Below, in pieces: positions 1 through 12,972 of a stretch of DNA of 64,000 bases; position 1 is the stretch's first letter, and each line of letters starts with the position of its first letter. Source of the DNA: Escherichia coli. GTDB taxonomy: Bacteria > Pseudomonadota > Gammaproteobacteria > Enterobacterales > Enterobacteriaceae. A program made the position numbers and the translations under genes. Below the pieces are notes generated by a model, which saw nothing but the letters and a program-made list of their open reading frames with translations, searched no databases and was not told the origin of the DNA. The DNA lies in the NCBI RefSeq assembly GCF_003334355.1, contig NZ_QOWP01000009.1, one strand, 5' to 3'.

Positions 1-158
1 AGCAGGGGATTGACCGGATGGCCGGACGTCACTCCGCCGGGGCACACCGAACAGGCCACGCCGGTGGGGGCACCAATACGTACCCCGGCTGAACCCTGAA
101 CAATGCTACCGCCATACTGCGTCATGTCACCCTGACGCGCCGCCGGTTTTCCGCTCAT
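1..158 (-). CDS. rhsB: Rhs-family polymorphic toxin protein, N-terminal fragment (runs off window start)
   Basis: Reverse-complement of 1..158 translates MSGKPAARQGDMTQYGGSIVQGSAGVRIGAPTGVACSVCPGGVTSGHPVNPLL, the conserved N-terminus of E. coli Rhs proteins; start codon complement at 156..158; position next to nikR matches rhsB. Shorter than the ORF-track cutoff, so hand-translated. Confidence 0.8.
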   Translation of the reverse strand, partial: MSGKPAARQGDMTQYGGSIVQGSAGVRIGAPTGVACSVCPGGVTSGHPVNPL

Positions 159-360
159 CGTAAAATCCTTTTCTATTATTTTAATGACAGTATCTTCATA
201 CGAAAAAGCGAAGAAAAACTTGTGGTCACAATGAATTGAAGATTTTTAGGAATATATTTAGAACGTTACAAAAGAGAAGGTTCGGATAGGGTATTTAGAG
301 AGGAATCAGGTGTGCTAGTGGCCCTTTGTTGATCGTTCACCAAAGGACCCAATAATAGAC

Positions 361-3164
<2,804 letters not shown>

Positions 3165-3168
<4 letters not shown>

Positions 3169-4109
3169 GCGTGCGCTCCTTCATGACGACGAATGCGCGG
3201 GTCCAGCGCGGCGTTGAGCAAATCGACAATCAAATTACAGACCACAAAAACCACCACCATCATCAGCGTAAAGCACTGGATCACCGGATAGTCACGGTTA
3301 AAAATCGCCGACACCGCATAGCGCCCGACGCCCGGCCAGGCAAAGATGTTTTCGATAATCATCGTCCCGCCAATCAGTTCGCCGATGTGCATCCCCACGG
3401 CGGTGATCATCGGCAGCGAGGCATTGCGCAGGATGTGGCGACGTTCGGTCTGTTTGTCGTTCAGGCCGCGCAGACGCGCCCAGGTGACGTGACGCTGACC
3501 GGCGACGTCCAGCATACTGGCGCGCAGTAAACGCGCGTTAATCGCCAGCGACATAAAGGCAATGGAAACCGCAGGCAAAATGATGTGCTGCCAGCCGCCG
3601 TAACCCATCGCGGGTAGCCATTGCAGATACACCGAAAACGCCATCACCAGTAAAAACGCCAGCCAGAAGTTAGGCATCGACACGCCAAGAAACGCGATGA
3701 AACGTACGGCGAAATCCGGCAGACGGTCGCGATGGCGCGCCGCCCAGATACCGAGCGGTACGGAAGTGAGCAGAATTAATACCAGCGCCGCACCTGCAAG
3801 TTCCAGCGTGGCGGGCAGGAAGTTCAGCATATCGTCCAGTACCGGGCGTTGGCTGGCGAATGAGATACCAAAGTCAAGATGCAGCGCCTTCCACAACCAG
3901 GTGCCGTACTGGACGTACAGCGGCTGATCCAGTCCCAGCATGGTGCGGGTAGAGGCCAGCATCTCCGGCGTCGGCGGCAGGTTAGACAGACGCAAATAAT
4001 CGAGCGCCGGGTCGCCGGTACCGAGGCGCAGCATCAGAAAAATGATCACCGAGGCGGCGAGCACCATCGGGATCAGCAGCAGAAAGCGGCGTAATACGTA
4101 ACGCAACAT
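3165..4109 (-). CDS. nikB: Nickel ABC transporter permease NikB
   Basis: 314 aa hydrophobic ORF; overlaps nikC by 4 bp. Confidence 0.92.
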
Positions 4110-5683
4110 TAAGGTTTCACCGGTTTAATCTGTTCGAACGGAATTTCGGTGGCGATCGGCGCGTAGGGGATGTTACCCAGCTCCGGTTTTGATACCACCA
4201 TCATTGAGATGTAACTGATAGGCAGATAAACCGCCTCGTCATGCAGACGGGTCAGAATGTCGCGATACAGCGCCTGATGTTGCGTTTCGTCATGGGTCGC
4301 CAGCACTTCGCCGATCTCTTTATCAATCAGCGGTTTGTCGGCTAATCCTTGCTGTGCCTGGAAGTCAGCGTGTGACGGTACGCGCATTGAACTGAGGAAG
4401 GCGTGTGGATCATATGGCGCGCCCCAGGTGCGGTGGAAAATCATGCCAAAACGACCGTCGCGCTGACGAGCATAGATACTGCTCTCTTCTTCGCCAATCA
4501 GCGAGACATCTGCGCCAATCTGGCGCATATCAGCCTGAATGATTTCCGCCATCGATTTGCTTAACGCATCGGTGCCGATGAACGACAGTTCAATGCGCAG
4601 CGGCTGACCATTTTTCTCGCGGATGTCTTTGCCCGCAGGCAGCGTCCAACCGGCTTTTTCCAGCAACGCTTTCGCTTTCTGCGGATCGTACTGGCGCGGT
4701 TTCAGGCCGAGGTTGGCGTAGGGCACAGAAGGGGCAAACAGGGTGTCGGCGACCTGCTGGGTGCCATACAACGCGTTATCAATCAGCGATTTTTTGTTTA
4801 CCGCGTAATTAAGAGCTTCACGTACTGCCAGCTCATTGGTGGGGGCTTTGGCGGTATTAAGCGCCAGCATCACGGTTTCGATCGGCTGTGACAGTTGGGT
4901 ATGGTAAGCCGGGTTCTGGCTAAAGCGGGCGAAGGTATCGAGCGGTAATAACCCTTCGTTTCCGTACAGCAGGTCGATATCGCCAGTTTCAAACGCCACC
5001 GCGCGGGTAGTCGGGTCCGGGATGACGTTAAAGGTGATCTTTTTAATCGCTGGCTTTTCGCCCCAGTAGTTTTCGTTACGGACGAAGACATCGTACTGAT
5101 TCAGTTTCGATTCCTGCAAAATCCACGGTCCGGTGCCAATCGGCGCTTTAATTCCGTTCATGGTTTCATGGTTTTTAAACTGCGAGGGGGCGATAAAGCG
5201 GAAAGGGCGCGGCAGGGCCAGTTCTTGCAGGAAAGGATAGTAGGCGCTTTTCAGGGTGATTTGCAGCTCTGTTTTACTGAGTGCTTTAACATCAACAATC
5301 TGGTTTGCCAGCTCCAGCCAGGCGTGACGTTGACGGTTATCGAGCACTGCGCGGAAGTTTTCTGCCGCCGCCTCGGCATCGAACGGTTCACCGTTGGAGA
5401 ATTTCACGTCATCACGCAGGGTGAAGGTCCAGGTTTTACCATCTTCTGAATGAGTCCAGCTTTTTGCCAGCCACGGGATCACCGAACCGTCTGCCTGATA
5501 TTTCACCAATGGTTCATAAACCATGCTCTGGGCGAACATCTGGTTAGGCGTGTAAAGGTGCGGGTTTAGTGGCCCGACATTCACCGGCCAGGCGGTGGTG
5601 ATTTCATCTGGTGCAGCGGCATGGACGATAAAAGACGCACAAGCCAGCAGCGCAAATAGAGTGCGGCGGAGTGTGGAGAGCAT
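4109..5683 (-). CDS. nikA: Periplasmic nickel-binding protein NikA
   Basis: 524 aa ORF with N-terminal signal peptide ([25 protein letters not shown]); family-5 solute-binding protein; first gene of the operon. Confidence 0.93.
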
Positions 5684-5720
5684 GGTAACCCCAATGGATT
5701 AAAATAGATGGCGGAAATAA

Positions 5721-5748
5721 GTATGACGATTTTAAGTATTCGTCATAC
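5721..5748. promoter_or_regulatory. NikR operator (GTATGA-N16-TCATAC) in the nikA promoter
   Basis: Exact GTATGA at 5721..5726 and TCATAC at 5743..5748 separated by 16 nt, 38-65 bp upstream of the nikA start codon; matches the established NikR operator architecture. Confidence 0.8.
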
Positions 5749-5793
5749 TGATTACCTGTTCTGGATCAATAGATGGGCAGTCGGGTGGGCGGA

Positions 5794-6381
5794 TCAGTTA
5801 ACTGAATCGATCCATTGCACACTCTCGGCGGTGAGCGTAAAGGGGGTGGGGGTGCAGATCGCAAGGCTTAAATTTTCTAGCTGACAATGGCTGACTGACA
5901 GCGAGGAGTGATAGGTGCTATCTACGCTGACGATTTGCCAGGCGCTGCCGCCACGCTGTTTAACGATGGCTTCTTTGCGCGTCCAGATGCGCCAGAACAT
6001 TTCCAGTTGCTGCTCAGGATGCACGGCGTCCATTTCAGCGTGTTCCCCGAGGCTGAACACGGCGTTCGCCAGCCAGCGCCAGTTGGCGCGCGGGCGAATC
6101 ACTTCGATATCGCAGCCGACTTCGCCTTCATCGCTCAACAGCAGAGCGATATCGTCACCGCTATGGCTTAAGTTGAACCATAGCGGCGTTTCCGGCGCGA
6201 ATGCAGGTTTGCCTTGTTCGCCATAGATGATCTCCGGTAGCGGGGAAAGCGTGTGCGAAAGCAATGCACGCCCCGCCAGCCAGCGTTCGCGTCGTGGACC
6301 TTGCGGTGCTTGCTCGCGTAAACCCGGTGGCAGTGGAGCTGCGCTTAAGGTCGAAACTTTCCCCAGAACTATCCGATACAT
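5794..6381 (-). CDS. acpT: Holo-ACP synthase 2 / 4'-phosphopantetheinyl transferase AcpT
   Basis: 195 aa ORF; position between nikA and yhhT; length matches AcpT. Confidence 0.88.
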   Translation of the reverse strand: MYRIVLGKVSTLSAAPLPPGLREQAPQGPRRERWLAGRALLSHTLSPLPEIIYGEQGKPAFAPETPLWFNLSHSGDDIALLLSDEGEVGCDIEVIRPRANWRWLANAVFSLGEHAEMDAVHPEQQLEMFWRIWTRKEAIVKQRGGSAWQIVSVDSTYHSSLSVSHCQLENLSLAICTPTPFTLTAESVQWIDSVN

Positions 6382-6435
6382 ATCAGGGCCAACGTTTAAT
6401 GGAAAATGAAAGTGCGTATCGTATCACTTGTCGCC

Positions 6436-7485
6436 TCATCCCGGTAACCGACTTTTCGGTCTGCCTGGCCCCAGTAAAATCGCCAGTTTGCTACCGCCTT
6501 TGGTGGTTTCCATCCAGATTTTACACACACTGGTTAATGGCACCGAAAGTAGCATCCCTACCGGGCCGAGCAGCCATCCCCAAATTAACAATGAAAGAAA
6601 TACCACCATGGTGGACATCCCCAGGCGATGGCCCATCATCCGTGGCTCTAAAATATTGCCGATGACCATATGGACAACTAAAAACAATGCGCCGACCAGA
6701 ATACATTCGTAAATACCATTAAACAGCAGCACCTGAATCATTGGCGGTACGGCGGAAATTACCGCGCCGATATTGGGCACGTAGTTAAGCAAAAACGCCA
6801 GTACTGCCCACATCAGCGCAAACTGTACCCCCATCAGCTCCAGCCCCAGCCAGACGATGACACCTGTCCATAAACTGAGTAGCGTCTTCAATGCAAGATA
6901 GTGCGAAACGCCTTTAAGTGCGCGGTGTAATCCCGCGATGTGAATCTGTGGATTATTCAGCGCAAAACGCATTTTGTAAGGGACGTGGCGCACTTCAAAC
7001 AGCATAAAAACTACGGTCATCACCAGCAAAAACACGCTCGCCATTGCCCCGGAAAGCCCGGTCATTAGCGCTGTGGTGAAGGTAACCACTTTTTCCGAGT
7101 CCATCCGCTGCAGCATTCGCTCCGGCGACATATGCAAATTAAGAAAAGGCAACATCTCCTGCAATTTAAAAAGTTTGCGCGTCAGCTCCTTATTAAACTT
7201 CGGCAGCATAGAGATAAATTCGTTAAACGATGCCGCCAGTACGCCGACCAGCGCGGTTAGTGCGATCAGCATCACCACCACTACAATCGTAATGGCAACG
7301 GGGCGTTGTACTCCCCGACGAATAAACCAGGTGACGAGCGGGTTGAGGACGATGGCAAAAAACAGCGCCAGTAACAGCTGCACAATGATATCTGCCGCTG
7401 CGTGAATGCCCGCGAGGATCACTACCAGCGAGGCCAGCTTGAGCAGAATGTGCATGCCCGTTTTATCGGGTTGAGGGGTTTCCAT
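6436..7485 (-). CDS. yhhT: AI-2E (PerM) family membrane transporter YhhT
   Basis: ORF track 6436..7566 (376 aa); start placed at internal Met (METPQPDKTG..., codon complement 7483..7485) to give 349 aa; multi-TM protein. Upstream in-frame ATG at 7566 is an alternative start. Confidence 0.85.
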   Translation of the reverse strand: METPQPDKTGMHILLKLASLVVILAGIHAAADIIVQLLLALFFAIVLNPLVTWFIRRGVQRPVAITIVVVVMLIALTALVGVLAASFNEFISMLPKFNKELTRKLFKLQEMLPFLNLHMSPERMLQRMDSEKVVTFTTALMTGLSGAMASVFLLVMTVVFMLFEVRHVPYKMRFALNNPQIHIAGLHRALKGVSHYLALKTLLSLWTGVIVWLGLELMGVQFALMWAVLAFLLNYVPNIGAVISAVPPMIQVLLFNGIYECILVGALFLVVHMVIGNILEPRMMGHRLGMSTMVVFLSLLIWGWLLGPVGMLLSVPLTSVCKIWMETTKGGSKLAILLGPGRPKSRLPG

Positions 7486-7616
7486 TGGGGCTTCCTTGTG
7501 ACTTTTTGTATTAAGTGTAGCGGGAGTCACGCCAGCAATATTCTGATTCTTACTGCTGATTTTCACGTCAGCACATGGTAAAAATGAAACACTGTTGTAA
7601 AAATGTGGTGATCCTC

Positions 7617-8834
7617 ATGCCCGAACCCGTAGCCGAACCCGCGCTAAACGGATTGCGCCTGAATTTGCGCATTGTCTCCATTGTCATGTTTAACTTCGCC
7701 AGCTACCTCACCATCGGGTTGCCGCTCGCTGTATTACCGGGCTATGTCCATGATGTGATGGGCTTTAGCGCTTTCTGGGCAGGATTGGTTATCAGCCTGC
7801 AATATTTCGCCACCTTGCTGAGCCGCCCTCATGCCGGACGTTATGCCGATTTGCTGGGACCCAAAAAGATTGTCGTCTTCGGTTTATGCGGCTGCTTTTT
7901 GAGCGGTCTGGGATATCTGACGGCAGGATTAACCGCCAGTCTGCCCGTCATCAGCCTGTTATTACTTTGCCTGGGACGCGTGATCCTTGGGATTGGGCAA
8001 AGTTTTGCCGGAACGGGATCGACCCTGTGGGGCGTTGGCGTGGTTGGCTCGCTGCATATCGGGCGGGTGATTTCGTGGAACGGCATTGTCACTTACGGGG
8101 CGATGGCGATGGGTGCGCCGTTAGGCGTCGTGTTTTATCACTGGGGCGGCTTGCAGGCGTTAGCGTTAATCATTATGGGCGTGGCGCTGGTGGCCATTTT
8201 GTTGGCGCTCCCGCGTCCGACGGTAAAAGCCAGTAAAGGCAAACCGCTGCCGTTTCGCGCGGTGCTTGGGCGCGTCTGGCTGTACGGTATGGCGCTGGCA
8301 CTGGCTTCCGCCGGATTTGGCGTCATCGCCACCTTTATCACGCTGTTTTATGACGCTAAAGGTTGGGACGGTGCGGCTTTCGCGCTGACGCTGTTTAGCT
8401 GTGCGTTTGTCGGTACGCGTTTGTTATTCCCTAACGGCATTAACCGTATCGGTGGCTTAAACGTAGCGATGATTTGCTTTAGCGTTGAGATAATCGGCCT
8501 GCTACTGGTTGGCGTGGCGACTATGCCGTGGATGGCGAAAATCGGCGTCTTACTGGCGGGGGCCGGGTTTTCGCTGGTGTTCCCGGCATTGGGTGTAGTG
8601 GCGGTAAAAGCGGTTCCGCAGCAAAATCAGGGGGCGGCGCTGGCAACTTACACCGTATTTATGGATTTATCGCTTGGCGTGACTGGACCACTGGCTGGGC
8701 TGGTGATGAGCTGGGCGGGCGTACCGGTGATTTATCTGGCGGCGGCGGGACTGGTCGCAATCGCGTTATTACTGACGTGGCGATTAAAAAAACGGCCTCC
8801 GGAACACGTCCCTGAGGCCGCCTCATCATCTTAA
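7617..8834 (+). CDS. yhhS: MFS transporter YhhS
   Basis: ORF track 7575..8834; start placed at ATG 7617 (MPEPVAEPALNG...) giving 405 aa; 12-TM MFS pattern; divergent from yhhT. Confidence 0.85.
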   Translation: MPEPVAEPALNGLRLNLRIVSIVMFNFASYLTIGLPLAVLPGYVHDVMGFSAFWAGLVISLQYFATLLSRPHAGRYADLLGPKKIVVFGLCGCFLSGLGYLTAGLTASLPVISLLLLCLGRVILGIGQSFAGTGSTLWGVGVVGSLHIGRVISWNGIVTYGAMAMGAPLGVVFYHWGGLQALALIIMGVALVAILLALPRPTVKASKGKPLPFRAVLGRVWLYGMALALASAGFGVIATFITLFYDAKGWDGAAFALTLFSCAFVGTRLLFPNGINRIGGLNVAMICFSVEIIGLLLVGVATMPWMAKIGVLLAGAGFSLVFPALGVVAVKAVPQQNQGAALATYTVFMDLSLGVTGPLAGLVMSWAGVPVIYLAAAGLVAIALLLTWRLKKRPPEHVPEAASSS

Positions 8835-8837
8835 AAC

Positions 8838-9395
8838 TTACTGAATAACCAGCGTATTAATGATGTTTTCTGCGGTGGTCTGCGCTTTTTGCTGATCGTC
8901 AGCGGGCAGCGTAATTTGCATGGTCAGCAGTTGATTACCCACGTTACCCAGAATAACGGAAGAGTACGCCGTCTGGCCTTTCGCGGAGATAATACTGTCT
9001 AACTGCTGCATTTTGTGACCTTTCAGCTCAATGGCTTTATTGGTTACCACTTGCAGCTGCGGATCGCGGCTACGTTGCTGATCTTCCAGACGCTTCGCCA
9101 GCACCGCCAGATCTTCTTTCGGATCATCGCCCATGATGACGATGACTGCTTTCTGCCCGGTGGCGTCGGACCAGACATGCATGTTATTGGCCTGCGTTCC
9201 CAGCTTACCGCTCTGGTCGGTCATATCCGCTGGCAGCGAGAAACTTAACTTGCCATCAAGCAGGTTGACGGGATTCCCGGTAGCGTTACTTTCCGCGACC
9301 GAACCCTGCGCCGTAGCGTTAGTGTCTTTATCATCACAGGCCGCAAGCCCCATAACCAGCAGGCCAATTCCGACATATTTAACCAGATTGCGCAT
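8838..9395 (-). CDS. dcrB: Periplasmic lipoprotein DcrB
   Basis: ORF track 8838..9449; start at internal Met ([20 protein letters not shown]...) gives 185 aa with lipobox LAAC. Confidence 0.85.
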
Positions 9396-9467
9396 TGACT
9401 TCTTCCTTTCGATAAACGGCCATAACGGCTCATTCATCCATCTTATCACAACTCTGATAACGAACCT

Positions 9468-10133
9468 TTAACTCGCCTGCAAAGCGTTGATTTCGGATTT
9501 ATCTGCCAGTCTTTTCAACAGCATATTGAGTAATACGCCATACATTGGCAGGAAGAAAACGATACTGATTAACACTTTGAAACAGTAATCGACCAGCGCG
9601 ATTTCCATCCAGTGTTCAGCCATAAAGGCATCCGGGCTACGCCAGAAGGCAATGAAGAAAAAGGCCAGCGTGTCGCTGACGTTACCGAACAGTGTGGACG
9701 CTGTCGGTGCCAGCCACCAGCGGCGACTCTGACGCAGGCGGTTAAAAACGTGCACGTCGAGGATTTGCCCCAGCGCGTAGGCCATGAAACTGGCGGTGGC
9801 GATACGGGCGACAAACAGGTTGAAGTGGGCGAGTGCGCCGAATCCCTGCCAGGAACCCATATAGAATAGCGACGAGATGACGTAGGAGATTAATAACGCA
9901 GGGATCATTACCGCGAAGATAATGCGTCGGGCCAGCGGTGCGCCAAAAATACGCACGGTCAGGTCGGTAGCAAGAAAAATAAACGGAAAGCTAAACGCGC
10001 CCCAGGTGGTATGGAAACCCAAAATGGAGACGGGAAGCTGAACCAGATAGTTACTGGAGGTGATCACCAGCAGATGAAATAACGATAACCAGAACAACGC
10101 CTTATAGCGTTGAGTTTGCGAGAAAACGTTCAT
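9468..10133 (-). CDS. yhhQ: Queuosine precursor transporter YhhQ
   Basis: 221 aa polytopic membrane ORF; position and length match YhhQ. Confidence 0.88.
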   Translation of the reverse strand: MNVFSQTQRYKALFWLSLFHLLVITSSNYLVQLPVSILGFHTTWGAFSFPFIFLATDLTVRIFGAPLARRIIFAVMIPALLISYVISSLFYMGSWQGFGALAHFNLFVARIATASFMAYALGQILDVHVFNRLRQSRRWWLAPTASTLFGNVSDTLAFFFIAFWRSPDAFMAEHWMEIALVDYCFKVLISIVFFLPMYGVLLNMLLKRLADKSEINALQAS

Positions 10134-10353
10134 ATTGTACCTTTTTGATTAACCATTGGGGTGAGGGAACCCAATACGTACGACACGTCTGTTACCTTAA
10201 CATAATAACGTGCTTACCCTTTTTTCGAGCCGCCGCATGATACTGCTTTACGTTGACAATGCAATGGTTAATTTTCACGCAATCGTTAACCTGGTTTGCT
10301 TACGGACTCACAGGGCGTAAACTAGCGCCGTTTTTTTATGTGATGAGAAGAAA

Positions 10354-10599
10354 ATGACCGATCTCTTTTCCAGCCCTGACCACACACTCGACGCACTTGG
10401 CCTGCGCTGCCCGGAACCCGTAATGATGGTGCGCAAAACTGTGCGCAATATGCAGCCCGGCGAAACGTTGCTGATTATCGCCGACGATCCGGCCACTACC
10501 CGCGATATTCCTGGGTTTTGTACCTTTATGGAACACGAACTGGTTGCGAAAGAGACGGATGGACTGCCTTATCGTTATTTGATTCGTAAAGGCGGTTGA
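10354..10599 (+). CDS. tusA: Sulfur carrier protein TusA
   Basis: 81 aa ORF with the conserved CPxP motif (LRCPEPVMM). Confidence 0.92.
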
Positions 10600-10643
10600 T
10601 GGGGGCTGATTGGCTTCGATGCCGCCTTTTCCCCTCACCCTAA

Positions 10644-10695
10644 CCCTCTCCCCAGAGGGGCGAGGGGACCGATCGCGCTCAATGTTGCGATCGGT
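10644..10695. terminator. GC-rich palindromic region between convergent tusA and zntA (probable bidirectional terminator)
   Basis: Imperfect inverted repeat CCCTCTCCCC..AGGGGCGAGGGG (10644..10667) followed by a perfect 9-bp inverted repeat ACCGATCGC-N10-GCGATCGGT (10668..10695); lies between two stop codons. No clean U-tract, so the terminator role is inferred. Confidence 0.45.
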
Positions 10696-10700
10696 TTGCC

Positions 10701-12899
10701 TTATCTCCTGCGCAACAATCTTAACGCATTCGCTGTCACCAGCACCGTCGCACCCGTATCTGCCAGCACCGCCAGCCATAGTCCGGTCATCCCTAAAAGC
10801 GTGGTGACGAGGAAGATCCCTTTCAGTCCCAGCGCAATGGTGATGTTCTGGCGGATATTGGCGTGAGTGGCGCGTGCCAGTTCAATCATTTGCACCAGGC
10901 CGCGCAGGTGGTTATGGGTTAATGCTGCATCAGCGGTTTCCAGCGCCACGTCTGTGCCACTGCCCATTGCAATCCCAATGGCGGCAGCTTTCATCGCTGG
11001 CGCGTCGTTAATACCGTCACCGACCATCGCCAGCGGCGCATGTTGATTCAGCTCGGTCACCGCTTTGACTTTATCTTCCGGCAACAGGCCCGCTTTAAAC
11101 TCCAGCCCCAGCTCCCCGGCAATTGCCGCCGCTGCGCGTGGATTATCGCCGGTGAGGATCACCCCTTTGACGCCCAGCGCGTTCAGTTCACTGATGGCAG
11201 TTGCAGCATCGGCGCGCAGGGTATCCTGTAACGCAATGACACCAAGCACGTCATCGTTACGTACTACCAGCACTACCGTTTGCCCGGCGCTTTCCAGTTC
11301 GTTAATTAAACCAGCAAATGCATCAGCGGGATGTTTCCCGGCAGCGCAAATCAATACGCGCTCACCGTTAACCTGCGCTTCAATGCCAGACCCGACCAGC
11401 GCCCGCTGTGATTCGGCGGCGGGAATGGCGAGTGCAGCAACCTGTGCTTCGCGCACGATCGCCTGCGCCAGTGGATGCGTCGCGCCTTGCTCGACCGCCG
11501 CCGCCAGTGTCAGCAGTTCAGATTCACTAATACCCGTTGCCGGATGAATCGCGGTAACGCGCGGTTTACCGACGGTCAGCGTACCGGTTTTATCAAACGC
11601 CACCTGGGTAACACGACCTAGCTGCTCCAGCGCCGCACCGCCTTTAATTAACGCCCCACGACGTGCCGCTGCTGCCAGCCCGGAGGTAATCGCCGCGGGC
11701 GTGGAGATAACTAACGCACACGGGCAGCCAATCAGCAGCAGCGTCAGCCCTTTATAAATCCACTCTTGCCAGCTGGCGGCAAACAGCAGCGGCGGCACCA
11801 GCGTTACCAGCAGGGCGACGGCCATAATTGCTGGCGTATAAATACGGCTGAAACGGTCGATAAACCGCTCAATGGGGGCGCGGCGCTCTTCGGCTTCTTC
11901 GATCAGTTTCAGAATCCGGTCAATGGCGCTGGCACCCGGTTCTGACAGCACTTCCAGCGTTACCAGACGGTCTACGCTGGTGGCTCCTGCAGGAACTTTA
12001 TCGCCCGTTGCGCGCTCCACCGGAATGGATTCGCCGGTCAGGGCGCTTTCATCAAAACTGGCAAAGGGCGAGAGCAGTTTACCGTCGGCAGGCAAACGCC
12101 CGCCCGCCGCAACTTCAATCACATCGCCAGGGCGCAGGCTGTTAATCGCCACCTCTTCCCGCTCACCGTTACGCAGGCGCGTGGCGGTTTCTGGTTTCAG
12201 CGCCATTAACGCGCTAACGCCCTGACGCGCGCGGCTGGCGGCCCAGCCTTCCAGTCGTTCACCAATCAAAAACAGCAGCAACACCATCGCAGCTTCAGCC
12301 GTTGCGCCAATAAACAGCGCACCAATAGCAGCTACGCTCATTAACGTTTCAATGGCGAAGTAACTGCCTGATTTGATCAGCCGTAATGCCTGACGAGCAA
12401 TCGGGTACAGCCCAACCAGCGTGGTCGCGATAAACGCCAGTTGCCCGAACGGATGATTGAACTGCTCCAGACCCCAGCTGATTGCCATCATCACGATTAG
12501 CGTAATCAGCGGCAGATTCTCTTTCAGGCGCGATGCTTGTGGCTCGTCGGCGGCCTGCTCATCACGCAGGGAATAGCCCGCTTTTTGCACCGCAGATTCA
12601 ACTTGTGCACGGATGTCATTGTCGGCATCAACCACCAGTTTTTCGGTGGCGAACAGTACCTGCACCTGATTCACGCCTGCAAGCTGGCGCACGGCATTTT
12701 CTACCTTGCGCGCACAGGCGGCGCAGTCCATGCCGCTGACTTTCCAGCTATAGCGGGTGCCGGAGACGTTTTCAGAGAGCGTTGGCGTGCTGGAACATGC
12801 GCCGTCGCAGCAACAGTCGTTGGCGTTCTGTACCGTGGTTAGCGGTTTGAACGCGGCAAATTGAGGGGCTTTCTTGCCGTGATTGTCAGGAGTCGACAT
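10701..12899 (-). CDS. zntA: Zn/Cd/Pb-exporting P-type ATPase ZntA
   Basis: 732 aa ORF with N-terminal metal-binding GMDCAAC motif, CPC transmembrane motif, DKTGTLT phosphorylation site and GDGINDAPA hinge motif. Confidence 0.95.
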   Translation of the reverse strand: MSTPDNHGKKAPQFAAFKPLTTVQNANDCCCDGACSSTPTLSENVSGTRYSWKVSGMDCAACARKVENAVRQLAGVNQVQVLFATEKLVVDADNDIRAQVESAVQKAGYSLRDEQAADEPQASRLKENLPLITLIVMMAISWGLEQFNHPFGQLAFIATTLVGLYPIARQALRLIKSGSYFAIETLMSVAAIGALFIGATAEAAMVLLLFLIGERLEGWAASRARQGVSALMALKPETATRLRNGEREEVAINSLRPGDVIEVAAGGRLPADGKLLSPFASFDESALTGESIPVERATGDKVPAGATSVDRLVTLEVLSEPGASAIDRILKLIEEAEERRAPIERFIDRFSRIYTPAIMAVALLVTLVPPLLFAASWQEWIYKGLTLLLIGCPCALVISTPAAITSGLAAAARRGALIKGGAALEQLGRVTQVAFDKTGTLTVGKPRVTAIHPATGISESELLTLAAAVEQGATHPLAQAIVREAQVAALAIPAAESQRALVGSGIEAQVNGERVLICAAGKHPADAFAGLINELESAGQTVVLVVRNDDVLGVIALQDTLRADAATAISELNALGVKGVILTGDNPRAAAAIAGELGLEFKAGLLPEDKVKAVTELNQHAPLAMVGDGINDAPAMKAAAIGIAMGSGTDVALETADAALTHNHLRGLVQMIELARATHANIRQNITIALGLKGIFLVTTLLGMTGLWLAVLADTGATVLVTANALRLLRRR

Positions 12900-12941
12900 G
12901 GCATCCTCCGGTTAAGTTTTTTCTCATTAACCGAAGGATAC

Positions 12942-12963
12942 ACTCTGGAGTCGACTCCAGAGT
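12942..12963. promoter_or_regulatory. ZntR (MerR-family) operator in the zntA promoter spacer
   Basis: Perfect 22-bp palindrome ACTCTGGAGTCGACTCCAGAGT, 43-64 bp upstream of the zntA start; on the coding strand it sits between TTGACT and TATCCT hexamers with a long spacer, the MerR-type promoter architecture. Confidence 0.8.
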
Positions 12964-12972
12964 CAAGTTTTA

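Noticed and set aside
10600-10700. Possible small RNA or mobile repeat in the GC-rich tusA-zntA spacer
   Set aside because: The sequence is palindromic and sits between two convergent stop codons, so a bidirectional terminator or REP-like repeat is the simpler explanation; no promoter-like elements are visible.
11065-12225. Plus-strand ORFs inside zntA (11065..11547, 11872..12225)
   Set aside because: Antisense to zntA; Ser/Ala-rich low-complexity translations.
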